Origin: a bacterium
GTDB lineage: Bacteria > Patescibacteriota > Dojkabacteria > JAKAPS01 > JAJZLI01
Direction of reading: 5' to 3'
Assembly: GCA_027459825.1 (NCBI GenBank)
Contig: DAIDGT010000001.1
Coordinates: 37,884 to 101,883 of the forward strand
Length of the DNA: 64,000 nucleotides
The notes below the pieces were generated by a model. That model was given only the letters and a program-made list of their open reading frames with translations, was not told where the DNA came from and ran no database searches. The position numbers were made by a program, and so were the translations under genes. Positions 1-9,552 of this stretch are shown here, in pieces; the stretch's first letter is position 1; every line of letters starts with the position of its first letter.

Positions 1-182
1 CTCTATTTTCACAAAGAATTGTTCAACTATCTGAACATCTTAAGAAAAATAGGAAGGATAACCACTCAAGGAGAGGACTCTTTCAGATTATAGGGAAGAG
101 AAGAAGACTTCTCCAATTTATCGAAAATAAAGATAAATCAAGATATCAAACATTAATCAAAAAGTTAGGATTGAAGAAATAA
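1..182 (+). CDS. rpsO: 30S ribosomal protein S15, 3' partial (continues upstream of window)
   Basis: Frame starting at nt 3 translates to ...LSEHLKKNRKDNHSRRGLFQIIGKRRRLLQFIENKDKSRYQTLIKKLGLKK*, which matches the conserved S15 C-terminus. The stop TAA at 180-182 overlaps the pnp ATG (TAATG). rpsO-pnp is the canonical gene order. Confidence 0.75.
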   Translation, partial: LFSQRIVQLSEHLKKNRKDNHSRRGLFQIIGKRRRLLQFIENKDKSRYQTLIKKLGLKK

Positions 183-2239
183 TGAATATTGTCAAAAAGG
201 AATCTCAAATAGGAAATCACACAATATCCTTTGAAACTGGAAGACTTGCTCAAAAAGCAACTTCATCTATATTAGCTCAAATGGGAGAAACTGTAGTGCT
301 TGCAACCGTCGTTGTTGGCGAAGCAAAGGAGGGCGTAGATTTTTTTCCATTAACAGTTGAATATATTGAAAAACTTTATGCAGGAGGAATGATCTCATCT
401 TCAAGATTTATAAAAAGAGAAGGGAGACCATCTCCAAATGAGATATTAAAAGCAAGAATAATAGACAGATCTATTAGACCAATATTTAAGGATGATTTCT
501 TAAATGAAGTACAAATTGCAGTAACGGTGCTTTCATATGATAAACTAAATGACCCCTCAATACTAGCAGTAAATGCTGTATCGCTTGCACTACTTGCTGC
601 AGGATTACCATTTGAAGGTCCAGTTGCAAGTGTAAAGGTTGGAGAGGTTGAAGGTAACTTTGTCTTAAATCCCACAAATTTAGAAATTGATAATTCTTCT
701 CTAAATTTAATTGTATCAGCAACAGAAAATTCCATATCAATGATAGAGGCAGGGGCTGATAGTATAAAAGAAGATAGAATGGTAGAAGCCATTGAATTCG
801 CTCAAAAAAGTGCTCAAAAAATATTAGAGTTACAGGAGGTGTTTTTGAAAGAAATAGAACCTAAGGAATTTGAATATACACCTCATATCATAGACAAAGA
901 ATTGTGTGATCTCATACAAAAGAAATACTATGGAAGAATTGAAAAGTCCATATGGGAAGAGAAAGATAAGAATCTATTTAAAGATATTATAGAAGATTTA
1001 AAAGATAAATATGAAGTTGGGGCAATAAGTGAGGTTATAACAAAATTGGAAAAACAGACTACTAGGGAAGGAATATTAAATAAGCAGGTAAGACCAGACA
1101 AAAGAAAGCTTAATGAGATCAGACCTTTATACATAGATATTGATATACTTCCAAGGACTCATGGATCAGCACTTTTCCAAAGAGGAGAAACACAAGTGTT
1201 ATCTATAGTAACTTTAGCTGCAGGAAAACAAGGTCAACTTATAGAAAGCATATATGGAGAAGAAATAAAGAGGTATATGCACCACTATAACTTTCCAGGC
1301 TGGTCAGTAGGAGAGATAAGTAAGAACCTATACTACCCTTCAAGAAGAGACATTGGACACGGAGCATTAGCTGAAAGAGCATTAGAAAGGCAAATTCCAC
1401 CTTTATCTGAATTTCCTTATGCAATACGGGTTGTCTCAGAAACACTAGCTTCAAATGGTTCATCTTCAATGGCATCAGTATGTGGATCAACTCTATCTCT
1501 TATGGCAGCGGGAGTACCTATAAAATCACCAATATCAGGTGTTGCTATGGGACTTGTTGCTGATGAAGAAAAGGGTGAGTATGTAGTATTAACAGACATA
1601 CAGGGACCAGAAGACCACTTTGGAGATATGGATTTTAAAGTTGCAGGTTCAAGAGAAGGTATTACTGCTCTTCAAATGGATAACAAGCTCAAAGGTATCC
1701 CTGTAGAGGTATTAAAAAAAGCTTTAATACAGGCTAAGGAAGGTAGAGAGTTCATCTTAAATAAAATGCTTGAAGTAATATCACAATCAAGAACTGATAT
1801 TTCACAATATGCACCTGTTATAGAAACTATACAAATAGAAGTAAGTAAAATTGGAGATATAATCGGATCAGGAGGAAAAACTATTAAAGGTATAATAGAA
1901 AAATCTGGAGCTGATGTAAGCGTAGAAGAAGATGGGACGGTATCTGTATCTGCTCAAAATAAAGAACAAAGAGAGATAGCTGTTAAAATGATAAAAGACA
2001 TTACACAGGAGGCAGAAACAGGAAAGGTATATGATGGAAAGGTTGTAAAGATTACTACATTTGGAGCATTTGTTGATGTAAGTCCAAATATATCAGGGCT
2101 TGTACATGTATCTGAGATGAAGGACGGATTTGTAAAAAGTCCAGAAACAGTTGTAAAAATTGGACAGATGGTAAAAGTCAAGGTACTTGGGAGAGATGAT
2201 CAAGGAAGACTCAAATTATCAATGAAGGGAATATCTTAA
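182..2239 (+). CDS. pnp: polynucleotide phosphorylase (PNPase)
   Basis: The 685-aa ORF has two RNase PH-like domains followed by KH and S1 domains (KIGDIIGSGGKTIK ... GKVVKITTFGAFV). It lies downstream of rpsO. Confidence 0.95.
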   Translation: MNIVKKESQIGNHTISFETGRLAQKATSSILAQMGETVVLATVVVGEAKEGVDFFPLTVEYIEKLYAGGMISSSRFIKREGRPSPNEILKARIIDRSIRPIFKDDFLNEVQIAVTVLSYDKLNDPSILAVNAVSLALLAAGLPFEGPVASVKVGEVEGNFVLNPTNLEIDNSSLNLIVSATENSISMIEAGADSIKEDRMVEAIEFAQKSAQKILELQEVFLKEIEPKEFEYTPHIIDKELCDLIQKKYYGRIEKSIWEEKDKNLFKDIIEDLKDKYEVGAISEVITKLEKQTTREGILNKQVRPDKRKLNEIRPLYIDIDILPRTHGSALFQRGETQVLSIVTLAAGKQGQLIESIYGEEIKRYMHHYNFPGWSVGEISKNLYYPSRRDIGHGALAERALERQIPPLSEFPYAIRVVSETLASNGSSSMASVCGSTLSLMAAGVPIKSPISGVAMGLVADEEKGEYVVLTDIQGPEDHFGDMDFKVAGSREGITALQMDNKLKGIPVEVLKKALIQAKEGREFILNKMLEVISQSRTDISQYAPVIETIQIEVSKIGDIIGSGGKTIKGIIEKSGADVSVEEDGTVSVSAQNKEQREIAVKMIKDITQEAETGKVYDGKVVKITTFGAFVDVSPNISGLVHVSEMKDGFVKSPETVVKIGQMVKVKVLGRDDQGRLKLSMKGIS

Positions 2240-3339
2240 TTCATCAGGGAACTCAGTATTTTAGAAACATCCTCAGGTGACTTATTGGTATTAAAAGTAT
2301 ATACACTTCCCTCAAACTTAACCTCATCAAAATTTGAAGATAAATTACTAACCCCAGGATCATAAGTAAAGAATTTAGCATATACTTTTACCTTTTTATC
2401 AATAATGGAAAGTATAAAAGCAAAGCTGATATCACGAATATATAATGTTTCTAATAATCCATATGGATTAACTAGTATACCATCAACGGAAGATCTCACA
2501 TATTTTATATCACCAATATTTCCCTCCTGAGCATTCCTAATTACGGATTCCTTAACCTTTAGGTCTTGAAGATCAAAACTACCAGAAATACACCTTATGG
2601 CATAAGACATATCAGCTCCAAGGCTTACAAGAGAAGAAATATCCTTAAATACATCGAAAGGAATATTAGAAGCTCGTAATAGATCAGATTTATACAATAT
2701 CCCAATAAGTATAAGCTCTAAATATTCTTTATCAAAATTAAATTTCAAATCATTGGATAATTCAAGTAATACCTGAGACGTACTTAATTTATCTCTCGTG
2801 ATATTACAATCTCCATAATGAGAATTATCTGCGTGAGAATCTATATTCATAATAGAAAGTGAAGATCTAACAGGCATAATTACCTTTGAAAGCTGTCCAG
2901 TAAATTTCAAATACGGAGTATCAACTAATATCACAAGGTCATATGTAAACCCAATTCTACTGACTTTCACTGAATCAGTATCAAGATCACCTTTTAATAA
3001 CTTTACATTCAAAGTAAAGTTATCCTCATCAGGTATATAATTAACAGTATCTATCTGAGCTATCTTCTTAGGAATAGAGATAGTATATTTAGATTCTTCC
3101 AATACTTTAATTACAGGAATATTATCATCAGAAACAACCTTCATTAAAAACCCTAAACGCTCTGGTAAATTAGGAAGATAAATGGTTGTTTTTTTATCTT
3201 TATATAGTAAGCTTAGAAGTTTATATAAAAGAATAATAGAAGATATGCTATCTATTGTTGGCCTTGTATGGGAAGCAATAAGGATATTAGACTTAGTTTT
3301 TAATAAATTTTGTAATTCCAATAAATCTTTATTATTCAT
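2236..3339 (-). CDS. DHH-family phosphoesterase (NrnA-like nanoRNase/pAp phosphatase)
   Basis: N-terminal ILIASHTRPTIDSISS resembles the DHH motif I region. It sits downstream of infB, where rbfA/nrnA-type genes usually lie. Confidence 0.55.
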   Translation of the reverse strand: MNNKDLLELQNLLKTKSNILIASHTRPTIDSISSIILLYKLLSLLYKDKKTTIYLPNLPERLGFLMKVVSDDNIPVIKVLEESKYTISIPKKIAQIDTVNYIPDEDNFTLNVKLLKGDLDTDSVKVSRIGFTYDLVILVDTPYLKFTGQLSKVIMPVRSSLSIMNIDSHADNSHYGDCNITRDKLSTSQVLLELSNDLKFNFDKEYLELILIGILYKSDLLRASNIPFDVFKDISSLVSLGADMSYAIRCISGSFDLQDLKVKESVIRNAQEGNIGDIKYVRSSVDGILVNPYGLLETLYIRDISFAFILSIIDKKVKVYAKFFTYDPGVSNLSSNFDEVKFEGSVYTFNTNKSPEDVSKILSSLMN

Positions 3340-3363
3340 AACACTCAGATATTATTGGGCAGA

Positions 3364-4896
3364 TCAATTTTTTTCAACCTTAAAACATGTAATTACATCT
3401 CCTACCTCAGCAGTAAAAACAGGATTCAGAATGATACCACATTCACTTCCAGCTGCAACCTCTTTCACAGAATCCTTTAAATGTTTTAGAGAAGAAATTT
3501 TACCAGAGTAAATCACTTCTCCCGCTCTTTCAATCTTACACCTATAGTTTATCATAATTTTACCTGAATCTACTAAGCTTCCTGCTACAGAAGATTTGTT
3601 AGAGAGAGTAAAAACATTAATAACATTAGCTTTGCCAACCTCAACTTCATATTCTTCAGGAGGAATTAATGCCTCAATAGCACCAATAACATCATCTACA
3701 AGCTGATATATAACATCATAACTTAAAACGATAATCCTTTGGGCTTCTGCAACATGTTTTAATCTTGGCGGAATTTTTATTTTAAAACCCAATATAATAG
3801 ATCTGGTATTCTTAGCTAAAGTAAGGTCTTCATCAGAAACATCACCACTCTCAGCTTTCACTACAGAAACCTTTACTTCACCACTATCAATCTTACCTAA
3901 GGCATTCTTCAGTGCATCAATAGAGCCTGTACTATCAGCTTTTAGAATAATGGATATTTTTTTCTCATCAGGATTTCCTTGATTTTGAAATATATCTTCA
4001 ATGCTACCACCAGTATTATCTTCCATACTCTCAAGAAGATCATTTTCACTTTTTGACATAGAAGATAAAAGTACATCTTTATCTTTTGAAAAATAAATTC
4101 TTTCACCTATAGGAATAAGTGAATTTGCGCCAGCAATATATACGGGTAACCCAGCAGAAACCTCTTTTACTGAATTGAAATTACCGTCTTTTAACATTCT
4201 AATTTTTCCTAGAAATTCACTACCACTTCTTATGTAATACCCAGGAAACATGTTTCCATCTTCAACCAAACATAAACTAACATTTCCTATATGATTATCC
4301 TTATATGACTCAAGCACTACCAGAGAGTCTTTATAATCACTTTCTTTAACATCCATAGTATCATACAGAAGGAATATCATATCTAAAAGATCGTTAATTC
4401 CTTTTTTATTTTTTGCACTAATCTGAACAAAAGGAATATCTCCACCATATCCTTCAAGAAGAATTCCTCTATTTGCAAGATCAGTTTTAATTTTATCTAT
4501 ATTTGCATTAGGAAGATCAACTTTATTAAAGACAACAATTGTTTTTAGATTTGACTTTTTTATAAGATCAATAACTTCAAGCGTTTGTGGCATTACACCA
4601 TCATCAACAGCAATCACAAGTAATACAATATCAGCAATTAACACACCTCTCTCCCTCATTCCATTAAATAATTCATGACCTGGAGTATCAACAAATGTAA
4701 TGTCTCTATTATCAAACTTTACACTAAAAGCAGATATATTCTGCGTTATACCTCCAGATTCTTGAGATACAACATTAGCACCTCTTATCGCATCCAAAAT
4801 TGAAGTTTTTCCATGATCAACATGCCCCATTAAAGTAACTATTGGAGGTCGTCTTACAATAATAGTATTTTGTTTTTTTTCTTTAGATTGAGCCAT
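3364..4896 (-). CDS. infB: translation initiation factor IF-2 (short form lacking long N-terminal region)
   Basis: The GTPase G-domain is present: GHVDHGKTS, DTPGHE, NKVD. It lies downstream of nusA on the same strand. Confidence 0.95.
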   Translation of the reverse strand: MAQSKEKKQNTIIVRRPPIVTLMGHVDHGKTSILDAIRGANVVSQESGGITQNISAFSVKFDNRDITFVDTPGHELFNGMRERGVLIADIVLLVIAVDDGVMPQTLEVIDLIKKSNLKTIVVFNKVDLPNANIDKIKTDLANRGILLEGYGGDIPFVQISAKNKKGINDLLDMIFLLYDTMDVKESDYKDSLVVLESYKDNHIGNVSLCLVEDGNMFPGYYIRSGSEFLGKIRMLKDGNFNSVKEVSAGLPVYIAGANSLIPIGERIYFSKDKDVLLSSMSKSENDLLESMEDNTGGSIEDIFQNQGNPDEKKISIILKADSTGSIDALKNALGKIDSGEVKVSVVKAESGDVSDEDLTLAKNTRSIILGFKIKIPPRLKHVAEAQRIIVLSYDVIYQLVDDVIGAIEALIPPEEYEVEVGKANVINVFTLSNKSSVAGSLVDSGKIMINYRCKIERAGEVIYSGKISSLKHLKDSVKEVAAGSECGIILNPVFTAEVGDVITCFKVEKN

Positions 4897-4934
4897 TTAA
4901 TAAGAGTATATCATAAAAAAAAGCACTAAAACAA

Positions 4935-4962
4935 AAAATTTGTTATTTAGACAACAAATTTT
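4935..4962 (-). other. AU-rich hairpin in the nusA-infB intergenic region (possible attenuator or processing structure)
   Basis: The 10-bp arms AAAATTTGTT and AACAAATTTT (4935-4944, 4953-4962) flank an 8-nt loop. On the minus-strand transcript it is followed by TTGTTTTAGTGCTTTTTTTT, just upstream of the infB ATG. Confidence 0.25.
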
Positions 4963-5013
4963 AACAATCAACTATAAGTAAAAAGGAAATTGTATAAAGA
5001 GTACAATACAAAA

Positions 5014-6060
5014 TTATTCTTCCTCTGAGGAATTGCTTGCCTCTGAGGACACACTATCAGATACAGGTTCTTCCTGACTTTCAACTTCTACATTATCTTC
5101 ATTATTACCTTCAGGAGAATCACCTTCTATATCAATCTTCCACCCTGTAAGTTTCGCTGCAAGCCTAACATTCTGACCATCCTTGCCTATAGCAAGAGAT
5201 AACTGATCAGAAGCAACTATAACTTTTGCAGTTTTCTCATCCTCATCTAATGTAATCTCTAAAGGTTTTGCAGGAGATAAAGCATTACGAATATACTTCT
5301 GAATATCTTCATCATACTGAATAATATCAATTTTTTCAGACCCAAGTTCATTGGTCATTGCAACTATCCTCATACCTCTTTGACCTACACATGCACCGAT
5401 AGGGTCAATGCCAGCAACATCAGATGTTACAGAAACCTTAGTTCTAGCTCCTGCCTCACGAGCAATATCTTTTATAACGACAGTACCATTTGCTACCTCA
5501 GGAATTTCATTTTCAAATAGAGCTTTAATAACCAAATCTGAAGATCTAGACACAACAATCCTTTTCTGACCAAAAGGAGTCTCTGTAAATTCTTTTAAAT
5601 AAACTTTAATTTTCATTCCAGGCCTATACATTTCTCCATATATCTGTTCTGATGGAGGAAGGATTGCTGCAAGTTTACCTATCTCAACAATAACATTCTG
5701 GCCATCAAACCTTTGAACAACACCCATCTCTAAAGTTCCCATCTTCTTTTCAAATTGAGCCATAACAGAATCCCTTTCAGCCTCAGTAACCTTTTGTAAA
5801 ATTACTTGCTTTGCTGTTTGAGATGCAATTCTACCAAATTCCCTAGGGGTCTTCTCCTCCTTTCCATCAATAAAAATAGAAAATGAACCATTATCATCGT
5901 TAATCTTTGCAGTAATTTCTGCATCTTTATCTGGATCAAAATCCCTCCTGTATGCAGCAACAATTGCCTCAGAAACAGCACCTAATACTTCTTCAGCATC
6001 AATACCTCTCTCGGAAGCAATTTGTCTTATAGCAAGCAAAAAATCTGATTGAACAGCCAT
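5014..6060 (-). CDS. nusA: transcription termination/antitermination factor NusA
   Basis: NusA N-terminal domain, S1 and tandem KH domains, with an acidic C-terminal tail. The nusA-infB arrangement is conserved. Confidence 0.9.
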   Translation of the reverse strand: MAVQSDFLLAIRQIASERGIDAEEVLGAVSEAIVAAYRRDFDPDKDAEITAKINDDNGSFSIFIDGKEEKTPREFGRIASQTAKQVILQKVTEAERDSVMAQFEKKMGTLEMGVVQRFDGQNVIVEIGKLAAILPPSEQIYGEMYRPGMKIKVYLKEFTETPFGQKRIVVSRSSDLVIKALFENEIPEVANGTVVIKDIAREAGARTKVSVTSDVAGIDPIGACVGQRGMRIVAMTNELGSEKIDIIQYDEDIQKYIRNALSPAKPLEITLDEDEKTAKVIVASDQLSLAIGKDGQNVRLAAKLTGWKIDIEGDSPEGNNEDNVEVESQEEPVSDSVSSEASNSSEEE

Positions 6061-6165
6061 AGTTTTAGTATATTAATTAATGCAAGAAGTATATCATATA
6101 AAGAAAGAAATTAGAAATTGGAATACTCCTTGAAAAGTAGTGTTAATAAAATATAATAAAGAGAT

Positions 6166-6804
6166 ATGAGAAAAAATAAATTTCTATCCCAGACAAGACA
6201 AATCATTTTTGGAATGCAGGATGGACTTATATCTATTTTGGTATTAACAACAACTCTATCATCTGTAGCAGAAAGTAATTATTTAATAATAGTTGCGGCA
6301 ATTTCTGCCGCATTAGGAGGGGCAGTATCTATGGCAGCGGGAATGTATCTTGGATCAAAATCTCAAAAAGAGATAAATGTAAAGCAGGAAAGAGAAATAC
6401 AAAATCAAAAGGATGTAGAAAAAATACTAGAAAATGAAGGTGTCTCTTATAAGGATGCAAATTTAATCTCAAAAGAAATGAAACATTACGATAATAATTC
6501 TAAAAAATTTTTACTTTCAAGACTAACTGGAGAGAATATAACAATATCCTCTCCTATTGAAGACAGTATTTTCATAGGAATTTCATTTATACTTGGTGCA
6601 ATAATTCCGGTAATTCCATATTTTATTTTTATAAAAGGAGAAGATGTTATATTCTCAATACTACTAACAGCAATAACCTTAATTTTTATAGGCATAACAA
6701 AAGCAAACTTTGCAGGAAAGTCTAAAACACAGAGCGCATTTGAAATGCTAGTTATAGGGGCTATTGCAGGAATTTTAGGATTTATATTAGGAAAGATAGT
6801 ATGA
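6166..6804 (+). CDS. VIT1/CCC1-family membrane protein (putative Fe/Mn transporter)
   Basis: An FGMQDGLISIL motif resembling the VIT-family GxxDGxxS signature, plus multiple hydrophobic helices. Confidence 0.5.
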   Translation: MRKNKFLSQTRQIIFGMQDGLISILVLTTTLSSVAESNYLIIVAAISAALGGAVSMAAGMYLGSKSQKEINVKQEREIQNQKDVEKILENEGVSYKDANLISKEMKHYDNNSKKFLLSRLTGENITISSPIEDSIFIGISFILGAIIPVIPYFIFIKGEDVIFSILLTAITLIFIGITKANFAGKSKTQSAFEMLVIGAIAGILGFILGKIV

Positions 6805-7829
6805 CAGAAGATATACAAAAATTACAAGATAAATTAAAAGATTTAGATATTCCTGAAGATTTAAAAGAAAAACTGGATCTTTTAGTTGCAAGACTAGAAA
6901 GGATGTCTAAATTTGAAAATTATTCATCAGAATACGAAACTTTGTCAAGATACATTAATGTTATATCAACATATCCATGGAACAAATATTCTGAAGATAA
7001 TCTAGACTTGGAACACGCAAAATCAGTTTTGGATAAAAACCACTTCGGGATCAATAACGTAAAAGAAAGAGTATTAGAATATCTAGCAATAATGAATTTA
7101 AACATAGATCAGGCTGCGCCAATAATATGTTTTGTAGGTCTTCAAGGAATAGGAAAAACAACAATGTCAAAATCTATAGCTGAGGCTCTAGGTAGAAAAT
7201 TTGTAAGAATATCTCTAGGTGGAATGGCATCAGTGCTAGAGATTCGAGGACAATCAAAAGTAAACCCTGACGCAGAAGAAGGATATATCATAAAATCAAT
7301 AACAAGAGCAGGAACATCCAATCCTGTTATACTACTAGATGAAGTTGATAAAATTTCAGATGAAGCAAATTTAAGATCGGGTATTTTCGCGGCATTACTT
7401 GAAATATTGGATCCTGAACAAAATACTTCTTTCCTTGACCATTACCTTGATTTCCCTGTAAATTTATCAAAAGCCATGTTCATCCTCACTGCAAATAATC
7501 TTGGTACTATCTCGTCAGCATTGCTTGACAGATTAGAAATAATAAGGTTCAGCTCTTATACAGATGAAGAAAAAATGACAATTGCAAAAGAATATTTACT
7601 TCCTAAGGTATATAAAGAAACAGGGTTAACAGAGAATACATTTAAAATTAATGTAGATGTATGGAATAATATAATAAGACCACTAGGTTATGAAGCAGGA
7701 ATCAGGGAACTAGAAAGAACAATAATGGCAATTGCAAGAAAGGTTGCAAAACAAATACTATTAAAGGAAACCTCCCAGGTGATCATAACAAATGAAAATC
7801 TAAAAATATATCTACCAGAAAGATATTAA
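6801..7829 (+). CDS. Lon-like AAA+ ATPase module without a protease domain
   Basis: Collinear with the LonA pre-AAA and AAA+ region: VKERVLEYLA, Walker A GLQGIGKTT, Walker B ILLDEVDK, LEILDPEQN...DHYLD, LLDRLEII. The ORF ends after the AAA+ lid. Flanking genes overlap or abut it, so no Lon N-domain or S16 protease domain is present. Confidence 0.7.
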   Translation: MTEDIQKLQDKLKDLDIPEDLKEKLDLLVARLERMSKFENYSSEYETLSRYINVISTYPWNKYSEDNLDLEHAKSVLDKNHFGINNVKERVLEYLAIMNLNIDQAAPIICFVGLQGIGKTTMSKSIAEALGRKFVRISLGGMASVLEIRGQSKVNPDAEEGYIIKSITRAGTSNPVILLDEVDKISDEANLRSGIFAALLEILDPEQNTSFLDHYLDFPVNLSKAMFILTANNLGTISSALLDRLEIIRFSSYTDEEKMTIAKEYLLPKVYKETGLTENTFKINVDVWNNIIRPLGYEAGIRELERTIMAIARKVAKQILLKETSQVIITNENLKIYLPERY

Positions 7830-7835
7830 TATATT

Positions 7836-8444
7836 ATGGACAATTTAGCGCAAGAGGTAATATCATGCACCAAGTGCAAATTATGTAAATCAAGAACCCA
7901 TGCAGTTCCAGGGGAAGGAAATGTACATACAGATATAATATTTGTAGGAGAGGCTCCAGGTGAAAATGAAGATAAAAAAGGAATTCCTTTCTGTGGAGCA
8001 TCAGGAAACTTTTTAGAAAAAATGCTTGAAAGCATAAATATGAAAAGGGGTGAGGTATACATAACAAATATAGTAAAATGCAGACCTCCAGGAAATAGAG
8101 ACCCTGAAGAGGAAGAGATAGAATCATGTAAGGAATATCTTGAAAGACAAATAGACTTCATTAAACCAAAGGTTATATGTACTCTTGGGAGATACTCATT
8201 ACACTATTTTTATCCTGAATTTATTATATCTAAAGTACATGGAAAGATTTATAACTACAAGGATACAATAAAGCTAATTCCCTTATACCATCCAGCAGTA
8301 GGACTATATAGGGATAGTATGAAAAAAGTACTTTTAGATGATTTTAAAATAATAAAAGAAGTAATATCCCAAAATTCCACTACACAACAAGAGAAAAAAA
8401 TACCCTCATCATCTAAACAAGAAGAGTTTGATCTATCTTCTTAA
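7836..8444 (+). CDS. uracil-DNA glycosylase, family 4 (Fe-S type)
   Basis: CxxC...[17 protein letters not shown]...[13 protein letters not shown] motifs typical of family-4 UDGs. Confidence 0.8.
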   Translation: MDNLAQEVISCTKCKLCKSRTHAVPGEGNVHTDIIFVGEAPGENEDKKGIPFCGASGNFLEKMLESINMKRGEVYITNIVKCRPPGNRDPEEEEIESCKEYLERQIDFIKPKVICTLGRYSLHYFYPEFIISKVHGKIYNYKDTIKLIPLYHPAVGLYRDSMKKVLLDDFKIIKEVISQNSTTQQEKKIPSSSKQEEFDLSS

Positions 8445-9524
8445 AAGGTTATAAATTCGTTTTTCCTCAGCAGATAGTTTTTTAGGTGTAACTATAGTTA
8501 CCTTAACATACAAATTACCAATAGACCTACCATGCATAGCTGGGAGTCCCATAGATTTTATAACAAATCTATCCCCATATGATGTACCCTCAGGAATTTT
8601 TAAATTAACATTTCCATATAAAGTTTTTATAGGAATAATACCCCCTAGAACAGCAGTAGGAATATCAATAGATACTGAAGTTTCCAGGTCATTACCGTCT
8701 CTTTTATAATTAGTATTATTTCTAACACGAACAGTAATAAATAGATCTCCAGAAGAAGTATTATTTTCACCAATAGAACCTTCTCCACGAAAACGCAGAG
8801 TTGTATTATCTTCAACCCCACGAGGGATCTTTATGTCCATTTTCTTCAATATACGAACTCTTCCTGCTCCAGAACAACCATTACATTTATCAGTAATAAT
8901 ACGACCCTTACCTTTACAATTAGAACAAATACTATCAATAGCTATATTCCCAATAAAACTTTGCGTTACTTTCCTTACATGACCAGATCCTTTACATACA
9001 GAACATACTTGAGATTTTCCACTACGGGAGCCAGAACCTGAGCAAACCTTACATTTTGACATAACATAAAATGATACTTCTGTTTCAATATCATTTATAA
9101 TTTTACTCATATCAACCTCTATTCCTAACCTAATATCTAAATCTTCTACTGCAGTTTCTCTTTGACTTTGTCCTGTAAAATTTCCAAAACCCGAAGAGAA
9201 TAGATCTGAAAAAATATCTTCAAATCCACCAAAGTTAGACCCAAAACCTGAAGAGAAATCTCCTCCTCCAGAAAATCCTGAAGAAGAACCTCCACCAGGA
9301 GAAAATCCTTGAAAATCAGCATTTCCATATCTATCATAATTCTGTCTTTTTTGAGAATCAGAAAGTACAGAATATGCCTCATTTATCTCTTTAAATTTTT
9401 CCGCCGCATTGGCAGATTTGTTTTTATCTGGGTGATATTCTCCAGCAAGTTTTCGGAAAGCACGTTTTATCTCCTGATCACTTGCATCCTTAGAAACACC
9501 AAGAACACTATAATAATCCTTCAT
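8433..9524 (-). CDS. dnaJ: molecular chaperone DnaJ
   Basis: J-domain (YYSVLGV...HPDKN), Gly/Phe-rich linker, four CxxCxGxG zinc-finger repeats and a C-terminal domain. Confidence 0.9.
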   Translation of the reverse strand: MKDYYSVLGVSKDASDQEIKRAFRKLAGEYHPDKNKSANAAEKFKEINEAYSVLSDSQKRQNYDRYGNADFQGFSPGGGSSSGFSGGGDFSSGFGSNFGGFEDIFSDLFSSGFGNFTGQSQRETAVEDLDIRLGIEVDMSKIINDIETEVSFYVMSKCKVCSGSGSRSGKSQVCSVCKGSGHVRKVTQSFIGNIAIDSICSNCKGKGRIITDKCNGCSGAGRVRILKKMDIKIPRGVEDNTTLRFRGEGSIGENNTSSGDLFITVRVRNNTNYKRDGNDLETSVSIDIPTAVLGGIIPIKTLYGNVNLKIPEGTSYGDRFVIKSMGLPAMHGRSIGNLYVKVTIVTPKKLSAEEKRIYNLLRR

Positions 9525-9552
9525 AATTTATGAAAATATTTTAACATATAAA

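Noticed and set aside
376-2181. Minus-strand small ORFs inside pnp (376..792, 486..740, 928..1134, 1239..1490, 1417..1599, 1954..2181)
   Set aside because: They are antisense to a clearly conserved PNPase reading frame, have no recognisable motifs, and are typical shadow ORFs of AT-rich DNA.
3182-3511. Plus-strand 109-aa ORF overlapping the DHH gene and infB
   Set aside because: It overlaps two well-supported minus-strand genes and has no motif. Spurious.
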